A stretch of DNA of 63,840 nt, filler included, from Octopus bimaculoides (taxonomy: Eukaryota): the NCBI RefSeq assembly GCF_001194135.2. It is 5 parts of 5 records of this genome, joined end to end, with 100 filler letters (N's around TTAATTAATTAA, not from the genome) between each part and the next. Parts side by side here need not be neighbours in the genome. Positions count along the whole stretch, not along the records: positions 25,798 to 55,458 come from NC_068990.1; 4 more parts are not named here. One strand, 5' to 3'. Below, piece after piece: positions 38,394-51,633 of the stretch; within the stretch, counting starts at the first letter, position 1; each line of letters opens with the position of its first letter. A program made the position numbers and the translations under genes. Below the pieces are notes generated by a model, which was not told the origin of the DNA, ran no database searches, and saw only the letters and a program-made list of their open reading frames with translations.

Positions 38394-38717
38394 TGGTGAA
38401 GGTGCGTGGCTTAGTGGTTAGTATATAGGGCCCACACTCGTAAGGTCGTGAGTTCGATTCCCGACGTTGCGTGGTGCCCTTAAGCATGACTCTCTTCCGG
38501 TTATTCTAGTCCACACGAGTGGCAAAAATGAGTTGTACCTCTATCTGAAAGGGCCAGCCTTGTCATATTCTGTGTCACGCTGAATCTTCCCGAGAACTAC
38601 GTTAAGGTACGCGAGTCTGTGGAGTCCTCAACCACATGAACATTAATTTCACAATCAATTTGTTCCACTGATTGGGTCAACTGGAATCCAAGTCGTCATA
38701 ATTGACGGAGTGCCAAC
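38394..38717 (+). mobile_element. Family C SINE, full length, followed by a second truncated head (about 38720-38860)
   Basis: GTGGCTTAGTGGTTAG...GAGTTCGATTCCC head and GACGGAGTGCCAAC tail. Confidence 0.8.
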
Positions 38718-39819
38718 TGGCGAATCACGTGGCCTTGTTGTTTGGGCTACACACGTGATCGTAAGATCATTGTTTCAACCCCCAGATCGGACGGTAGGTT
38801 GTGTTCTTCATCAGAACCCTTAATTTTATATACCTTCAATCCAGTCAGCTGTACACGGGCCCCAACAATAGCTGGAAAGTTAAACCTGCAACAGCCAGGC
38901 GTTCCATTCTAGAGTGGGTACCTGTTGTCATCTTAGTCACTTCGGAAAACGGGATTAACTCTGGCTTTATTAATCCTAAGTATTATGATTGGCCTAAGAC
39001 TGACCAGTCATTGATTACTTGATATTCCTTGTTTAAAATTGCAGACTTTGGAATGAGGAGGATTTGATTGCTATTTCTAGCAGGTCGAACAATAACGTAG
39101 ATGAAGGTCTTGCTCTTGTGTCTATTGATGAGTCAAGTCACATACACATACATCATTCTTAATTAATTAAGCCTGCTATAAGCAGTTCCAAGTCCGGTTT
39201 ATAAAGGAGAAGGGTAGTAGTCATAGAATTAGAAGCCCTGCACAATCAATTTCCCTATTGCTATTGGAACAACAGAACATATGAAACCAATCTTGGTAAG
39301 GGGAGATAATCATCAGAGACTAAGAATGAAACAATTTAGTGAAAGCTGAGAAGGAGCTACGATGTGGAACAAGCGTTTCTCACCAAGGACAACCAGTCCC
39401 CTGGGTACAGCGAACTTCATGACCATATTCGAAACCGGAAGCGTAGCAGGCCAAAAGAACAACATGGGAAAGGTTCACACGAATTGAAGCACTCGACGGT
39501 GGCTACCCCTAGAGATAACCGCAATCTAGTGATAGGCACCCCTATGCTCCAAATGGAGTCAAAGGGATTAAGGAGAACAGTTTATCGAATTGGTTTCCGT
39601 TTAAGCTATATAACAAAGTTTATCGTATGGGATTTAATTTGTTAGGAATTATGACGTTTAATGCAACGTTTCACAATCGGTGTTCCGCTAGATGTCGCTG
39701 GGTGTTCCGTGGGAAATAGCAATAAATATTATGTAAATGCACTTTGGTTCTTTTTGTGCTCTATCTTTTAATTCTAAATATATCTATTGTACACGTAGGA
39801 ATATTACCAAATTTTAAAG

Positions 39820-40621
39820 CGGTGAACTAGCAGAATTGTTGGCACACTGGGTAAAATGCTTAGTGGTATTCCGCCCGTCATTACGTTCTGAGGTCAAATC
39901 CCGCCCAGGTCGACTTTGCTTTTCATCTTTCCACGGTCGATAAAATAAGTACCAGTTGAGCACTAGGAGCGATTTAATCGACTTGACCTCTAACCGAAAA
40001 TGCCAAAATCTGAAACCAATTGTTTCTACGAGAATTAAAGATTTTGAAACATTGTGGGAGAATTTGGTTTTAAAGAAGGTCTTGCTTAAAATAAAAAATT
40101 TTTAACTTTCTTCGTGGCGTCACATAGTTTTAGCAATGCAAAACGTGATACATATTTTTTTGTCAATTATTTTGTTTTATTTCTTCAGGTGTTTTAATCA
40201 TTTATATTTCTAACTCTTCGGCATTAGAACATCACGTGGATGGCTTCTTTTTGAATTGAAAATGTATTTTCATCCTTAATATGGTATCATGCGTAGAAAT
40301 GATAAAAAAATAAATGTTATCTAGTCCAGACATTTATAGTGCACATTATGAAACTATAAAAAAAACTCAGTAAAATTACATAATAATGGCTTCAAAGTTT
40401 AACAAAATGCCAGCAATTTTAGGAGAGGTAGATAAGTCGATTACAGCGCCTGCAGTGAGACATATTTTATCGACCCCGAGAGGATGAAAGACAAAGTTAG
40501 CCTTGGCGGAATTTGAACTCAGAACATAAAGACGGACGAAATGCCGCTAAGCATTTTGCCCGACGTGCTGACGATTCTGCCAGCTCGCCGTCTTTATTAT
40601 AATAAAAATAATAATAATAAC

Positions 40622-40653
<32 letters not shown>

Positions 40654-40820
40654 TAATAATAATGATAATAATAATAATGATAATAATGATAATAATAATC
40701 CTTTCTACTAAAGGCAAAAAGCCTGAAATTTGGGGAAGGGTAAGTCGATTATATTGACCCCAGTACTGGTACTTACTTTATCAACCCCGAAAGGATGAAA
40801 TATAAAGTCAACTTTGACGT

Positions 40821-40857
<37 letters not shown>

Positions 40858-41690
40858 TAATAATAATAATAATGATAATAATAATAATTTTTATTACTAA
40901 TAAAAACAATAATGACAGTACATCGACTTAGTACTTGACTAGGAATTATTTCATCGATCCCCTAAAAATTCAAAGGAAAAGTCGACTCTGCAATATCCGA
41001 ACTCAGGTTGTAACGAGCGGAAAAATTACCGCAGTGCATCTCGTTTGACACTCAAATGACTCAACCAAAATCTAGGGAAACGCAAGTGAGGGCCGTTCTC
41101 TAGTAACCAAAGCAACGTATAAGATGGATATATATTTTACCATATATTGTGGTTTCCGAAATCCTCAATTAATTTGTGTCAAGTAACAAATCATCGAATC
41201 CATTCTGCCGTGACGCAGCATGAATCAACTATTTCCGTAAGAATAATCTTTTCTACTCTAGGCACAAGGCCCGAAATTTTGGGGGAGGGGGTCAGTCGAT
41301 TAGATCGACCCAAGTGCGTAATTAGTACTTAATTTATCGACCCTGAAAGGATGAAAGACTAAGTCGACTTCGGCGGAATTTGAACTCAGAACATCAAGAC
41401 AGACGAAATACCGTTAAGTATTTCGTCCGGCGTGTTAACGTTTCTGCCGGTTCACTGCTTTTATTTCCGTAAGAATAATAATTACTAACATAATTACAAA
41501 ACCACATGTGTGCAGGAGGAATTTATAGATTAAATCAAGCATTATTTTACTGCTACTTTATTTTATTGACCCCGTAAAGATGGAATGCAAAATAGACTTT
41601 GGTAGAAATTGAACTCAGAACTTAACAAATGCTTCAAAGGATTTTTTTGATCGACGCTGTGCTGTTCTGTCAGATCCACTATCCTCCTAG
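39820..41690. mobile_element. Cluster of six family A SINE copies or fragments (one +, five -)
   Basis: Approximately 39820-40020 (+), 40400-40590, 40700-40820, 40920-41070, 41248-41461 and 41500-41690 (-), separated by (AAT)n runs. The 41248-41461 copy has an 18-bp TSD TATTTCCGTAAGAATAAT. Confidence 0.85.
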
Positions 41691-42359
41691 TCCCGAAAAT
41701 AACCAACTCCTATATAGCACATTTAAATAGAATAAAAATAAGTAATTTCTTCCCCAATATCATCTAATTTTTATTGAAAATGTTGGAAAGACATAAAATA
41801 TACACAAGACAATACGCTATACGGGGTCAAAGCAATTTTATTTTCGTAAAGTAATTTACATAATAAAGCTTGCTACTCTACTGGGGAATGTATGGTTTTC
41901 TTTTGTGCACAAATGCTGAATTCGGAATCGAGCGTTGGTTAAACACGCACGGTACTCATCAGTAGATATTCTGTACTTTGCCAAAGTAGGAATTCACATA
42001 ATGCAATTTATAAAAATAAATTAAGTTAGAACAGTTCTATATTTTACTAATATTAGTATTTACTTTCCTTCTGCTCTGGAAGAACAGAAACATGAAGAGT
42101 GAATTTAATCATTTAATTAACTTTTTCATCATGGATACGCTTTTCTTCTTTTCAAGCCTAAAACTATTCGGTTAAACGTTTCAAAGCCTAAACAACCGCA
42201 AAAACTCAGTAGGTAATTAGATTTATTTTATCTATAGCTAATTAGTTGTTGGGTGGGGTAAAAAAAATATAATAGGAATGATCATGACTTCATTCCCTGT
42301 GTGAATGTGTAAAATTTAATGCTTGATAGAAGACAAATACATACATACATACATACATA

Positions 42360-42807
42360 CAGGGTGGGGCAGAGAGGACGGGCGTTTTTGAAATAATTCA
42401 CAAAGCAATTAATTTTAGCTGCAAACAAATTTTATTGACAGCAATGTGTTTGTATTGAATTAGCATTTGTCAAAATCAAGTGTGGAAAAAAAAACATCCA
42501 TCACATGGTCTCCGTTTTTATTAATGCATTTCTGAAAGCTTGTCCTACGCACATTTTTCGTAGTCTGTATCATTCGTGGCTCCTCCATCGTTCTCCTATT
42601 CATTACTGTACCTTGTGTACGAAGTGCATTCGCCCATCGTAAAAATGTGTTACGGGTGGGAACAGCCTGGTTTTGGTGGATGTTGTAGTGGCTCCGAAGC
42701 TCACGCTGAACTGCTGTCAAAGACCCGTTATTCTTCACGTAACTGTCGTAGGCAATCATGCTCTATCGTCCACAACGTCATGGCTTCACCTGAAAAGACA
42801 AAGAAAT

Positions 42808-42810
<3 letters not shown>
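42360..42810 (-). mobile_element. Internally deleted Tc1/mariner-superfamily element with DUF4817-type HTH; second fragment at about 43500-43680
   Basis: TA|CAGGGTG terminus. Frameshifted MTLWTIEH.../AYDSYVKNNGSLTAVQRELRSHYNIHQNQAVPTRNTFLRWANALRTQGTV is fused directly to a C-terminal FQKCINKNGDHVMDVFF, with no catalytic domain between them. Confidence 0.7.
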
Positions 42811-42844
<34 letters not shown>

Positions 42845-43024
42845 AGAGCGTGCGAGAGTGAGAGAGAGAGAGAGAGAGTTATCCTTCGGCTCATAAGCAT
42901 TAAAGTTTAGGAAACGAATCCGCAAATCAGTCAGTGTCTTAATCCGACTGGTTTGCAGTTAATGTACACTCGTCCCAAGTTCAAATACAGATTATTATAT
43001 ATATATATATATACACGAGGGATT

Positions 43025-43850
43025 TAAACACACATGTGTGGCTGTGTGGCAATAAGCTTGTTTCCCAATCACATGATTCCGGGTACAGTCCCACTGCGTG
43101 CCATATTGGGCAAGTGTCCTGTTAAACAAAGAATTATGAGTGGATTTGGTAGACAAAACTGAAAGAAGTTGTGTATATATATAGTCGAACAAATCGACCC
43201 CAGAACTTATTCTTTGTAATCCTAGTACTTATTCTATCAGTCTCTTATGCCGAACCGTTAAGTTACGGGGACGTAAACACACCAGCATCGGTTGTCAAGC
43301 GATGATGGGGGGACAAACAGGCATACAAACATACACACACACACACATATATACACATATACGACGGGCTCCTTTCAGTTTCCGTCTACCAAATCCACTC
43401 ACAAGGCTTTGGTCGACTCGAGGCTTGGGACTGAACCCGGGATCATGTGTTTGGTAAGCAAGCTATTTACCACACAGCTACTCCTGCGCCTATATATATG
43501 CATCATTCGTGGCGCCTCCACCGGTCTCCTATTCATTAATGTACCCCGTGTACGAAGTGCATTCACCCAACGTAAAATTGTGTTACGTGTGGGAATAGAC
43601 TGATTTCGGTGAATGTTGAAATGGCTCCGAAACTCACCCTGAACTGCTGTCACAGAGTCGTTATTCTTCACGTAATATATTTGTATGTATGTCTTAGTGT
43701 CTGTGCTTGCGTTCACCACCGCTTAACAAACGGTGTTGGTGTGTTTCTCCATCCGTAACTTAGTGGTTCGGCAAGAGAGTTCGATAGGATCAGTAAAAGT
43801 CTTTCCATAAAAATAATAAGTACTGGGGTCAATGCAGTCGGCTAAAATTC
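43025..43850. mobile_element. Nested family B SINEs: a + copy (43025-43165, 43690-43850) split by a - copy (43180-43490) and a DUF4817 fragment
   Basis: The head and tail of the + copy flank the inserted segments. Confidence 0.7.
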
Positions 43851-43899
43851 TTCTATCTAATTACTGAAACAACTAAAAGATACAAGATAAAAGTAAAGG

Positions 43900-44111
43900 C
43901 ATATACACAATATTGGATTGTAGACATTTTGAATTACTTGAACGTGAATGAAGATGATATGTTTCATATTGTCTCCATCTCTGGAAACAATGAATTTCAC
44001 CTGGGAGAACTGCTTGCGCATTTGAACTGTTGTTGCCTCGTCAATCTTCATAAGAGATTTTATTTCTCTTGTAAAACTACGGAATGCACATATGGTCCCA
44101 ACCTTCTTCAA
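43900..44111 (-). mobile_element. Possible hAT-like transposase fragment
   Basis: KSLMKIDEATTVQMRKQ resembles the first catalytic-Asp motif (DETTT.Q..KQ) of some hAT transposases. Short, and unsupported by flanks. Confidence 0.3.
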
Positions 44112-45240
44112 TGAGAGGTGTTGATTTGAAAATCACTTGGAAATTAACAAAAAATAATACGTTACTCAAAATGTGGTTATATTTGTTAAACAAACAACAT
44201 TTTAGAATCAAATTTCACCTGTAGAACCGGATGAAATTTTTATTGAAATATCTGTAAAAGATTTTTAAAACGTGAGATTTCAATAAACTACTGTCTTCCA
44301 TACGCAAAAACTATTACAGAAATCTATATAAAACATACGTGGTTTATAAAAAAAGTAAATTAATTTTCTAGACACATCTGCAATCTATTTTACAGATAAG
44401 GTCATAGAAAGTATAAGAAAATTTGTTAAAATAAATACACCACAAATAGTTTTGCAAACTAACACAGCAAATTCAAATTCAAATTGAAGAACTAATTTGT
44501 ACGGTGATTGAAGGAATAACACACAAGAAAATACCGTTCACAAACCAGAATAGTGAATTTCTTTTTTAATTGAAATAACTCCAACAGCAACTTCTCCATG
44601 CACAACCTATGAATTATCTATAACTTGCGTAAACCATTTATATTAGGCAATAGCATTTTTAACGACCTAAGAGAAGGTAAATTAAAAATAGTACTGCTCT
44701 GAATGGAAACATGGATACTACCTATTCTGAATAAAATTACAAATGTAAGTTGCTAGATAAATAGAAAAAAAAAGCAAATAATTTTAGAGTCTTTTACTGC
44801 ATGGGATTCACTCATATAATACAGTAATTGGCTGAGTATTTGCAGCTAGAAGTACACAGTTTCTGTTGCCTTTCAGATGTGATATGCAGACTAATGCACA
44901 ACCATATTCAAAGAGAGAAAGCCGTGAACTGGGCTCTGATATGAAGAAGAAATGTCATTGAAAAATAAGAAAATTGCTTACGTCAATGTTGTTACAGATT
45001 GAAGTGTACAGTTTGCCTTCAAAGAATGAGTTAATTTTCGAAGATATATATTTTGTGAGGTTGTACAAGGTAGACATAAGAAAGGTATGTGTGTGCGTGT
45101 GTGTGAGTGTGGAGATAGATAGATAACATAGTAACTACGGATGCATGTATGTATGTTTGTATACGCGCACGCACACACACACACACACACACACATATAG
45201 AATATAGTTCGTATGATTGTGTACAGATAAATATATTTTG

Positions 45241-45393
45241 TTGTTGGCACTCCGTCGCTTACTTATTTAATCGATCCCGAAAGGATGAAAGGCAAAGTTG
45301 ACCTCGGCGGAATTTGAACTCAGAACGTAAGGACAGACGAAATACCATTAAGCATTTCTCTCGGCGTGCTAACGTTTCTGCCAGCTCTCCGCC
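45241..45393 (-). mobile_element. Chimeric SINE: family A head joined to family C/D 3' tail
   Basis: TTGTTGGCACTCCGTCGCTTAC (C/D tail) runs directly into TTATTTAATCGATCCCGAAAGG (family A core). Confidence 0.75.
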
Positions 45394-46005
45394 TTTGCAA
45401 GATAGTCTGTTTGGTATCAGGTAATCGTTGATCGACAGTGTTTGAAGTTTAAGCATAGTTAATGGTATAGTGCTATTCCACATTGAGAAGTCAACGGTCT
45501 GGTAGTGTTTGCCTACTTATTGGTGTATGTGTGAAATACAAATGTGAGGCGCAATTTGTTTTCACTTGGGATCTATCTCAAGCTGTTGTTAAGCCCTTAA
45601 AACTCCAAGTGAATCTATAGAATATTATTTATTTCATTTTGTTGCCTGTTCATGCTCACACTCTATTACATATAACAAACATCTTTCGTATAAACTGCTA
45701 TAAATTCATTTTCTCATTATTTAGGTGCTGAAGTTATATTTTGACGGGAGTCTTATAATTGCTTTCTAATACTCTAATATCTGCTACTTATCAGATTTCG
45801 ATAGAAGTCTTGAATTGGGCAGTCAAGGATTATATGCTGTCATTGATTAATACGGTTAGCATCTGACTGAAGATGACATGTAGAGGCAGCAAATACTTTT
45901 AATCGAAATGTTTCAATTTGTGTCTATTTGCAGTTTTCCTACTTCACTGCAAAGTTAATGATATTTACATATTTTCAAATGTTAGTGATATCCACTGTTG
46001 TAAAT

Positions 46006-46718
46006 CAGTGGTTCGCAACCTTTTGTTTTAATCTATAAACCCATTTGATCACTATTCTATTCCGAAGGACCGCCATAGCCATTTGACGTTTAAAAACTAG
46101 TTTTGAAGATAATTCTTACAAAATTTCTATTTTGTAATTCACAAATTAACTTGCGTAAAACGTTTGAGAGAAATTTAGCTGCTCCTTACAATTGTTGTTG
46201 TTGGCACTCCGTCGCTTACGACGTCGAGGGTTCCAGTTGATCCGATCAACGGAACAGCCTGCTTGTAAAATTAACGTGCAAGTGGCTGAGCACTCCACAG
46301 ACACGTGTACCCTTAACGTAGTTCTCGGGGATATTCAGCGTGACACAGTGTGACAAGACTGACCCTTTGAATTACAGGCACAACAGAAACAGGAAGTAAG
46401 AGAAAGTTGTGGTGGAAGAGTACAGCAGGGTTCGCCACCATCCCCTTCCGGAGCCTCGTGGAGCTTTAGGTGTTTTCGCTCAATAAACACTCACAACGCC
46501 CGGTCTGGGAATCGAAACCGCGATCCTATGACCGCGAGTCCGCTGCCCTAACCGCTGGGCCATTGCGCCTCCACTCTCCTTGCAATAAATACATCTTAAT
46601 CACATCTTTTTCTTGGACCACTACTGTGGACCTCAATTTACTATGCTTCTTGCGTGGACCCAAAAGTCTCATATGGATACACTGGGGAGGTCATATGAAC
46701 CCCGGTTAAGAACCAGTG
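46006..46718. mobile_element. hAT (Charlie-like) MITE with 8-bp TSD
   Basis: TIRs CAGTGGTTCGCAACC / GGTTAAGAACCAGTG. Flanks are TTGTAAAT (45998-46005) and TTGTAAAA (46719-46726). Confidence 0.85.
46193..46573 (-). mobile_element. Full-length family D SINE (tRNA-Arg-like head) nested in the hAT MITE
   Basis: Head TGGAGGCGCAATGGCCCAGCGGTTAGGGCAGCGGACTCGCGGTC...TTCGATTCCC and (CAA)n tail. TSD-like CTCCTTACAAT (46182-46192) / CTCCTTGCAAT (46576-46586). Confidence 0.9.
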
Positions 46719-47299
46719 TTGTAAAAGAATACTCCATATTGTTTATGGAGCTATGACTTAGTCAGTTTCGTTTTTACATTCATATTCTTCCCCCCATAAT
46801 TAACCAGTACTGCTGAAAATAAAGCTGGCTGGCCCGTTGCGAAGCAAGTGAAGTAAGCTACCAGGATTTTGTAAACTGCGAGCTTCCCGAGCATTATGGG
46901 TTTGAAATTATTGGTGCAATAAAAAGAAAGGTCGTGAACGCCATTATTGAAGCTGAAGGTGGTTTACCACTGGTTTGCTGCTACTTGGATGCAATTAAGG
47001 AGTTGATCGAACCTGATCAAAGTCATCGGAAACAACACTGATGATGCATCTCTGAGCCTTTGTGAAATGTATCTTAGAACTGAACCGTTAATTGTTATAT
47101 TCTTTTATATTCTAACTTAGTTCTCTATATTCAGTTTCCATCAAATATTTCATTTTACCTAAATCGCTTCCCGTCTTGTGTTTAATTAAATCGAATGATG
47201 AGTTGAGACTTAATGAATATTATCTATTTTCGCTCTCCTAATTGCTATCATTTCCCGTCATATTTTCAATTCTATGTTTCTGATACAAAATTTTATAAA

Positions 47300-47818
47300 T
47301 TGTTTTAATATGTTTGTTTTGCAGTTTTTGTATTTCTGTCAATATTGATAAATCCCTTTCTTTTTCTAATTTGTTTTATTATTATTATTAATTGTTCAGT
47401 AGTTTTATTTTTATAACGTGCTTTCACTTCACTACCGAGCGCAGCTCTGTGTGCCGTGGGTATGTGCTGTGGTTTGCTGTGGTTTGCTGTGATGCTCTTA
47501 TGGTTACTGTATTGAAAGTGTTTTGCGTAGGATGTGTGCAGTGCCCAGTAGTGCAATTTTCTGTATGTTATATATATTTGTAAGTCCTGGTGTTTTTGTT
47601 ATGTATTTGTCTGAATATTTTTTTATTATACCTAAGGCACCTACTATGATAGGAATTGTTTCTGGTTTTAGATTCCACATTCGAGTTACCTCTATTTCCA
47701 GGTCTTTGTATTTTGAAAGTTTTTCCATTTCTTTTAGGGAAACGTTGTCATCTGCTGGTATTGATACATCAATTAGAAAGCATTTTTGTTTCATGATCTT
47801 TGACAACTATACCTGGTC

Positions 47819-47820
<2 letters not shown>
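47300..47820 (-). mobile_element. R4/Dong-like LINE 3' end with restriction-like endonuclease
   Basis: RPGIVV...FLIDVSIPADDNVSLKEMEKLSKYKDLEIEVTRMW...IPIIVGALG...IQKIALLGTAHILRKTLSIQ, the PD-(D/E)xK REL region. It abuts (TAA)n. Confidence 0.88.
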
Positions 47821-47863
<43 letters not shown>

Positions 47864-47887
47864 TTCTTCTTATTATTATTATTATTA

Positions 47888-48005
47888 TGGTAGCGAACTG
47901 GTAGAATCGTTAGCACACCGGACGAAATGCTTAGTGGTATTTCGTCTGTCTTTACGTTTTGAGTTCAAATTCCGCCGAGGTCGACTTTGCCTTTTATCCT
48001 TTCTA
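47888..48005 (+). mobile_element. Family A SINE 5' half
   Basis: GGTAGCGAACTGGTAGAATCGTTAGC...GAGTTCAAATTCCGCCGAGGTCGAC. Confidence 0.8.
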
Positions 48006-49221
48006 GGAAATGTATAAGTCACACCAGCTTAGCAATGCTATAGCATTGCTGGCTTGAGGGCAGAAAATGTCACGGCGATGCCCAGAGAGCATTGAAACTG
48101 TTTTGCGCACCGCTGTTTAGTTCCTAAACATTGCACATTTCTGGAGCTTTTTCGAACCTCAGCTGTTACGAGTAGAAAGGATCAAGTGAGCACATCATGA
48201 AGAACGTCTCTCTGCCTTCTGTGAACAAGGGGGCAGGCAGTTTTCTTTTGATTTGTAGCTATCAAGAAAGAGGTTGTGTGGTGGAAGAGGTTAAAAAGGC
48301 TAGGGACAGACATTTTCGTTTTCGGCCAAACTTCATCATGCTGCTCCAAGTAATTTTTTTGAAATAATGTGTACAAGTAGCGAATATGAATACGTATGAA
48401 TGGGCCTACTCTGAGCATGCACCATAAGGGTAGGAAATTAAAAGCGAGAGAAGGCATATGCTCTCACTTGTCGGGTTCATCAAGGTTATAATGGGTGTAC
48501 TTGATTAGTCCTAAACAGTTATCCCCCTTCCCTAGTTTAGAATTATGATGGTACGATATTCAAGATAGTGGCGTAGATGTTACACATGTAGCAGCATAAG
48601 TAGTATAAGATCTTTCTATACAGAGAGCCTACAGAAGCAAAAGCAATAGGAACATGAACAAATCATTCTCTAGGCCCAAACGCAGCATCAACAATCACAG
48701 AAGTAGGATAGATTCTTAATCGCAGTGTATTCTAATCTGAGCAACTCCGCGTTAACTTAATATAAAATCATTTATTGTAGTTCTGGTTTCTAATAGTTTT
48801 ATTTTATTCCGTTTAAATAGTTGTTTTAGACATTTTAATTCGTTTAATTATATATATACATAAATGTTTATATGCGCGCGACAGAAAACACATTTACTCG
48901 CACAAACGTACAGACGTATTTTGTTTTCTGTCCTTCAAGTATCCCTTTGTATTTGCATAACTTAACAGACTCGTCCTACAAGTCCTTGTAAAATTCCGTT
49001 TAACATCGTTCTTCTTTCCTTATATATTCCTGTATCTGTCGACCCCGTGGCTAATGAGAAAACTATTATTGTTGTTGTTGTTACTGTTGTTGTTGTTGTT
49101 GTTGCTGTTGTTGTTGTTATTGTTGTTATTATTATTATATTTTGCTGATGTGTTATTACAGTATATCCGAAAGACAAAAACAAAGAAATAAACGCTTTCA
49201 TGACAAGTTACACACACACAC

Positions 49222-49259
<38 letters not shown>

Positions 49260-49509
49260 ACACATACACACGCGCACACATAATCATTGAATTCTTTCAT
49301 TGGGCTTGGGGTTATTCTGACAAGAAACAAACAAAATTAGCATGACAGTCATCTATAACAATAATATTCTCAAGAATAATAAAATAGACATTTATATTCG
49401 TGTGGATGTGTGCCGGCAGGTGTGGATGTGTGCCGGCAGGTGTGTGTGTGTGTGTGTGTGTGTTTGTGTTGATATGTGTACGTTTCTGTATGAACGTATA
49501 TAACTATAC

Positions 49510-49900
49510 ATAGGCAAGCTGAAAGTCGCTCCCACGCTGGCAGTTTACTGAACGTCAGAGTTTGAAGAGGTAGGGATGGAAGTGGTGCAACATCGTCCTC
49601 GTATTAATGGTGACCATTCGATGTTTACGTGCTTAATTAGTCGGGTCTATTTGAACAGCTTTTGCTGGCTTTTCCTGAGATTAACATCGGCAAATATGGA
49701 GGAGATGGATGATGGTTGTCCAATTTCAAGATCTTACTGGCCTTTTTTTTAGTTAAGAGTTGCTCTGTTAGCGAACATGGATGTCGGGAATAGCGAATGT
49801 CGCTTTTGTGCTTAGTTATTTGCTGTGTTGTGGTTGAGTTGCTGTGTCATGGTTGAACTGTTGTGTCGTGGTTGAAATGAATTTGTTGAATTGGCAATAT
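49510..49900 (-). mobile_element. Penelope-like GIY-YIG C-terminal remnant (a different subtype from the 10.6 kb copy)
   Basis: A broken reverse frame reads ...HKSDIRYSRHPCSLTE...ILKLDNHH...LISGKAS...NIEWSP, like the R..EH..DIR region of PLE endonucleases. Confidence 0.55.
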
Positions 49901-49990
49901 GTTTCTTATCTTCGTGAAAAAAAAAAGGCTCAAGCCCCACTCGCGAACGTTTAACTGAAGTATCTATTGTCACACATACACTTTCTGCGC

Positions 49991-50022
<32 letters not shown>

Positions 50023-50205
50023 CATGCATACGTAAGTACGTACGTACATTCAAGCAAATATACATACATATTATATATGTATAGATATACATATATATAT
50101 ATGTATATATGTATATTTATGTATATAGATATATATACATACATATATATAATATGTATTTAAGTATATAAATATATATGTATGTATGTTTGCTTGTATG
50201 TAGGG

Positions 50206-50269
<64 letters not shown>

Positions 50270-50344
50270 AAACCCATTGATATGTATATTTTGTGTGTGT
50301 GTGTTCGAGAGGTAAGTGGGTATGCATGTTTGTATAGGAGGTAG

Positions 50345-50375
<31 letters not shown>

Positions 50376-51356
50376 CATACATACATACATACATACATAC
50401 ATACATACATTTAAACACACAGGCACAGAAGCAAGCAGTTAGATGTGATAATACAAACACAAGTATATATAGTGACAGACATTACTTATGATATTAATCT
50501 ATCGTGCTATAGAGATTGACGCTTGTTGTGCATACCGTACTGTGTACAGTACCGCAATGTGTCGATACAGCAACGTCTTAACACTGTTTTCTACAGTTGG
50601 CTCACAATAGTTCATCACGGTAAACAATAGGTGCACCGTATCATTCATGAATGCTTCCACTAGCTTGCAGTCATAGAAAGAATGAAATCACTGCAGATGA
50701 ATGCACTCTATGAAATGTGCAATCGGCGTAATTATCAGGAAGTAAAATCCCTTCGTCAACAAGTAGTTGGAGAAGATATCTAAATGAACAATATTGCATA
50801 AATCAACGTTATCGTCGTCATCCGCATAATGAACACCGACAGCAACCAGAGTTACAACAATGACGATGACAACAGCTAAAACAGTAACAATGGCAACAAC
50901 AACAACAACGGCAACAACAACAACAACAATGCAATATTCTATCTTTAAGATTATTCGTATAGTTAATGTGCTGAACATTTTAACGAATCATTTTGTTGTT
51001 TGCAAATAAGACCCTTCAGAGATTAAAAAGGGAAATGTAATTGGAAACACTATAGAAGAATTATATTATTTTATGTCGGCAAAAGAAAAAAAAATGAAAA
51101 ATACAGTAAAACTCTGATAATGCTTTTGTCGAAATTTTTATTAAAATGCAATAAATAAATTGATAAATAAGTAAAAATCAAAGAAAAAATATTCAGCCTG
51201 AATATTAATTTCGTAACAGAATTTAATATTCGTTTTAAATTATTGTTAGCATCGGTGTAAATATTGAATATTGAGCTTGTGTTTTGCAATTTGTCCTTGT
51301 ATAGACAGATAAACTTACACAATCACGTACACATAGACATATACACACATAGATAC

Positions 51357-51394
<38 letters not shown>

Positions 51395-51598
51395 TCACTG
51401 TCAATGCATCAACTTGCGCACGTTAACGCACATGTGCATTCACTCATTAACTACCACAAAACTGCAGAAACGCTTTTGCTAGGTATGGTCTATAATATAT
51501 TTATCAGTGTCCTCTTTTCTTTTATTCTACCCGTTTTCTCCCCCACCTCTCTCTCTATCTATCTATCTGTCTATCTCTCCCCCTCTCTCTCTGTATAT

Positions 51599-51633
<35 letters not shown>

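Noticed and set aside
38394-38470. tRNA-like heads of SINEs as tRNA genes
   Set aside because: A and B boxes are present but no complete cloverleaf or acceptor stem, and each continues into a SINE body. No genuine tRNA or rRNA gene was seen.
45867-45920. CTGAAGA...GAAA string; similar partial cores at about 18665, 20650, 38810, 41955 and 49915
   Set aside because: The helices do not form or GAAA is missing. Such 7-mers are expected by chance in 60 kb.
47039-47080. CTGATGA...GAAA-TGTA-TC hammerhead-like string
   Set aside because: Stem I has no complementarity and stem II is poor. At best a heavily decayed relic.
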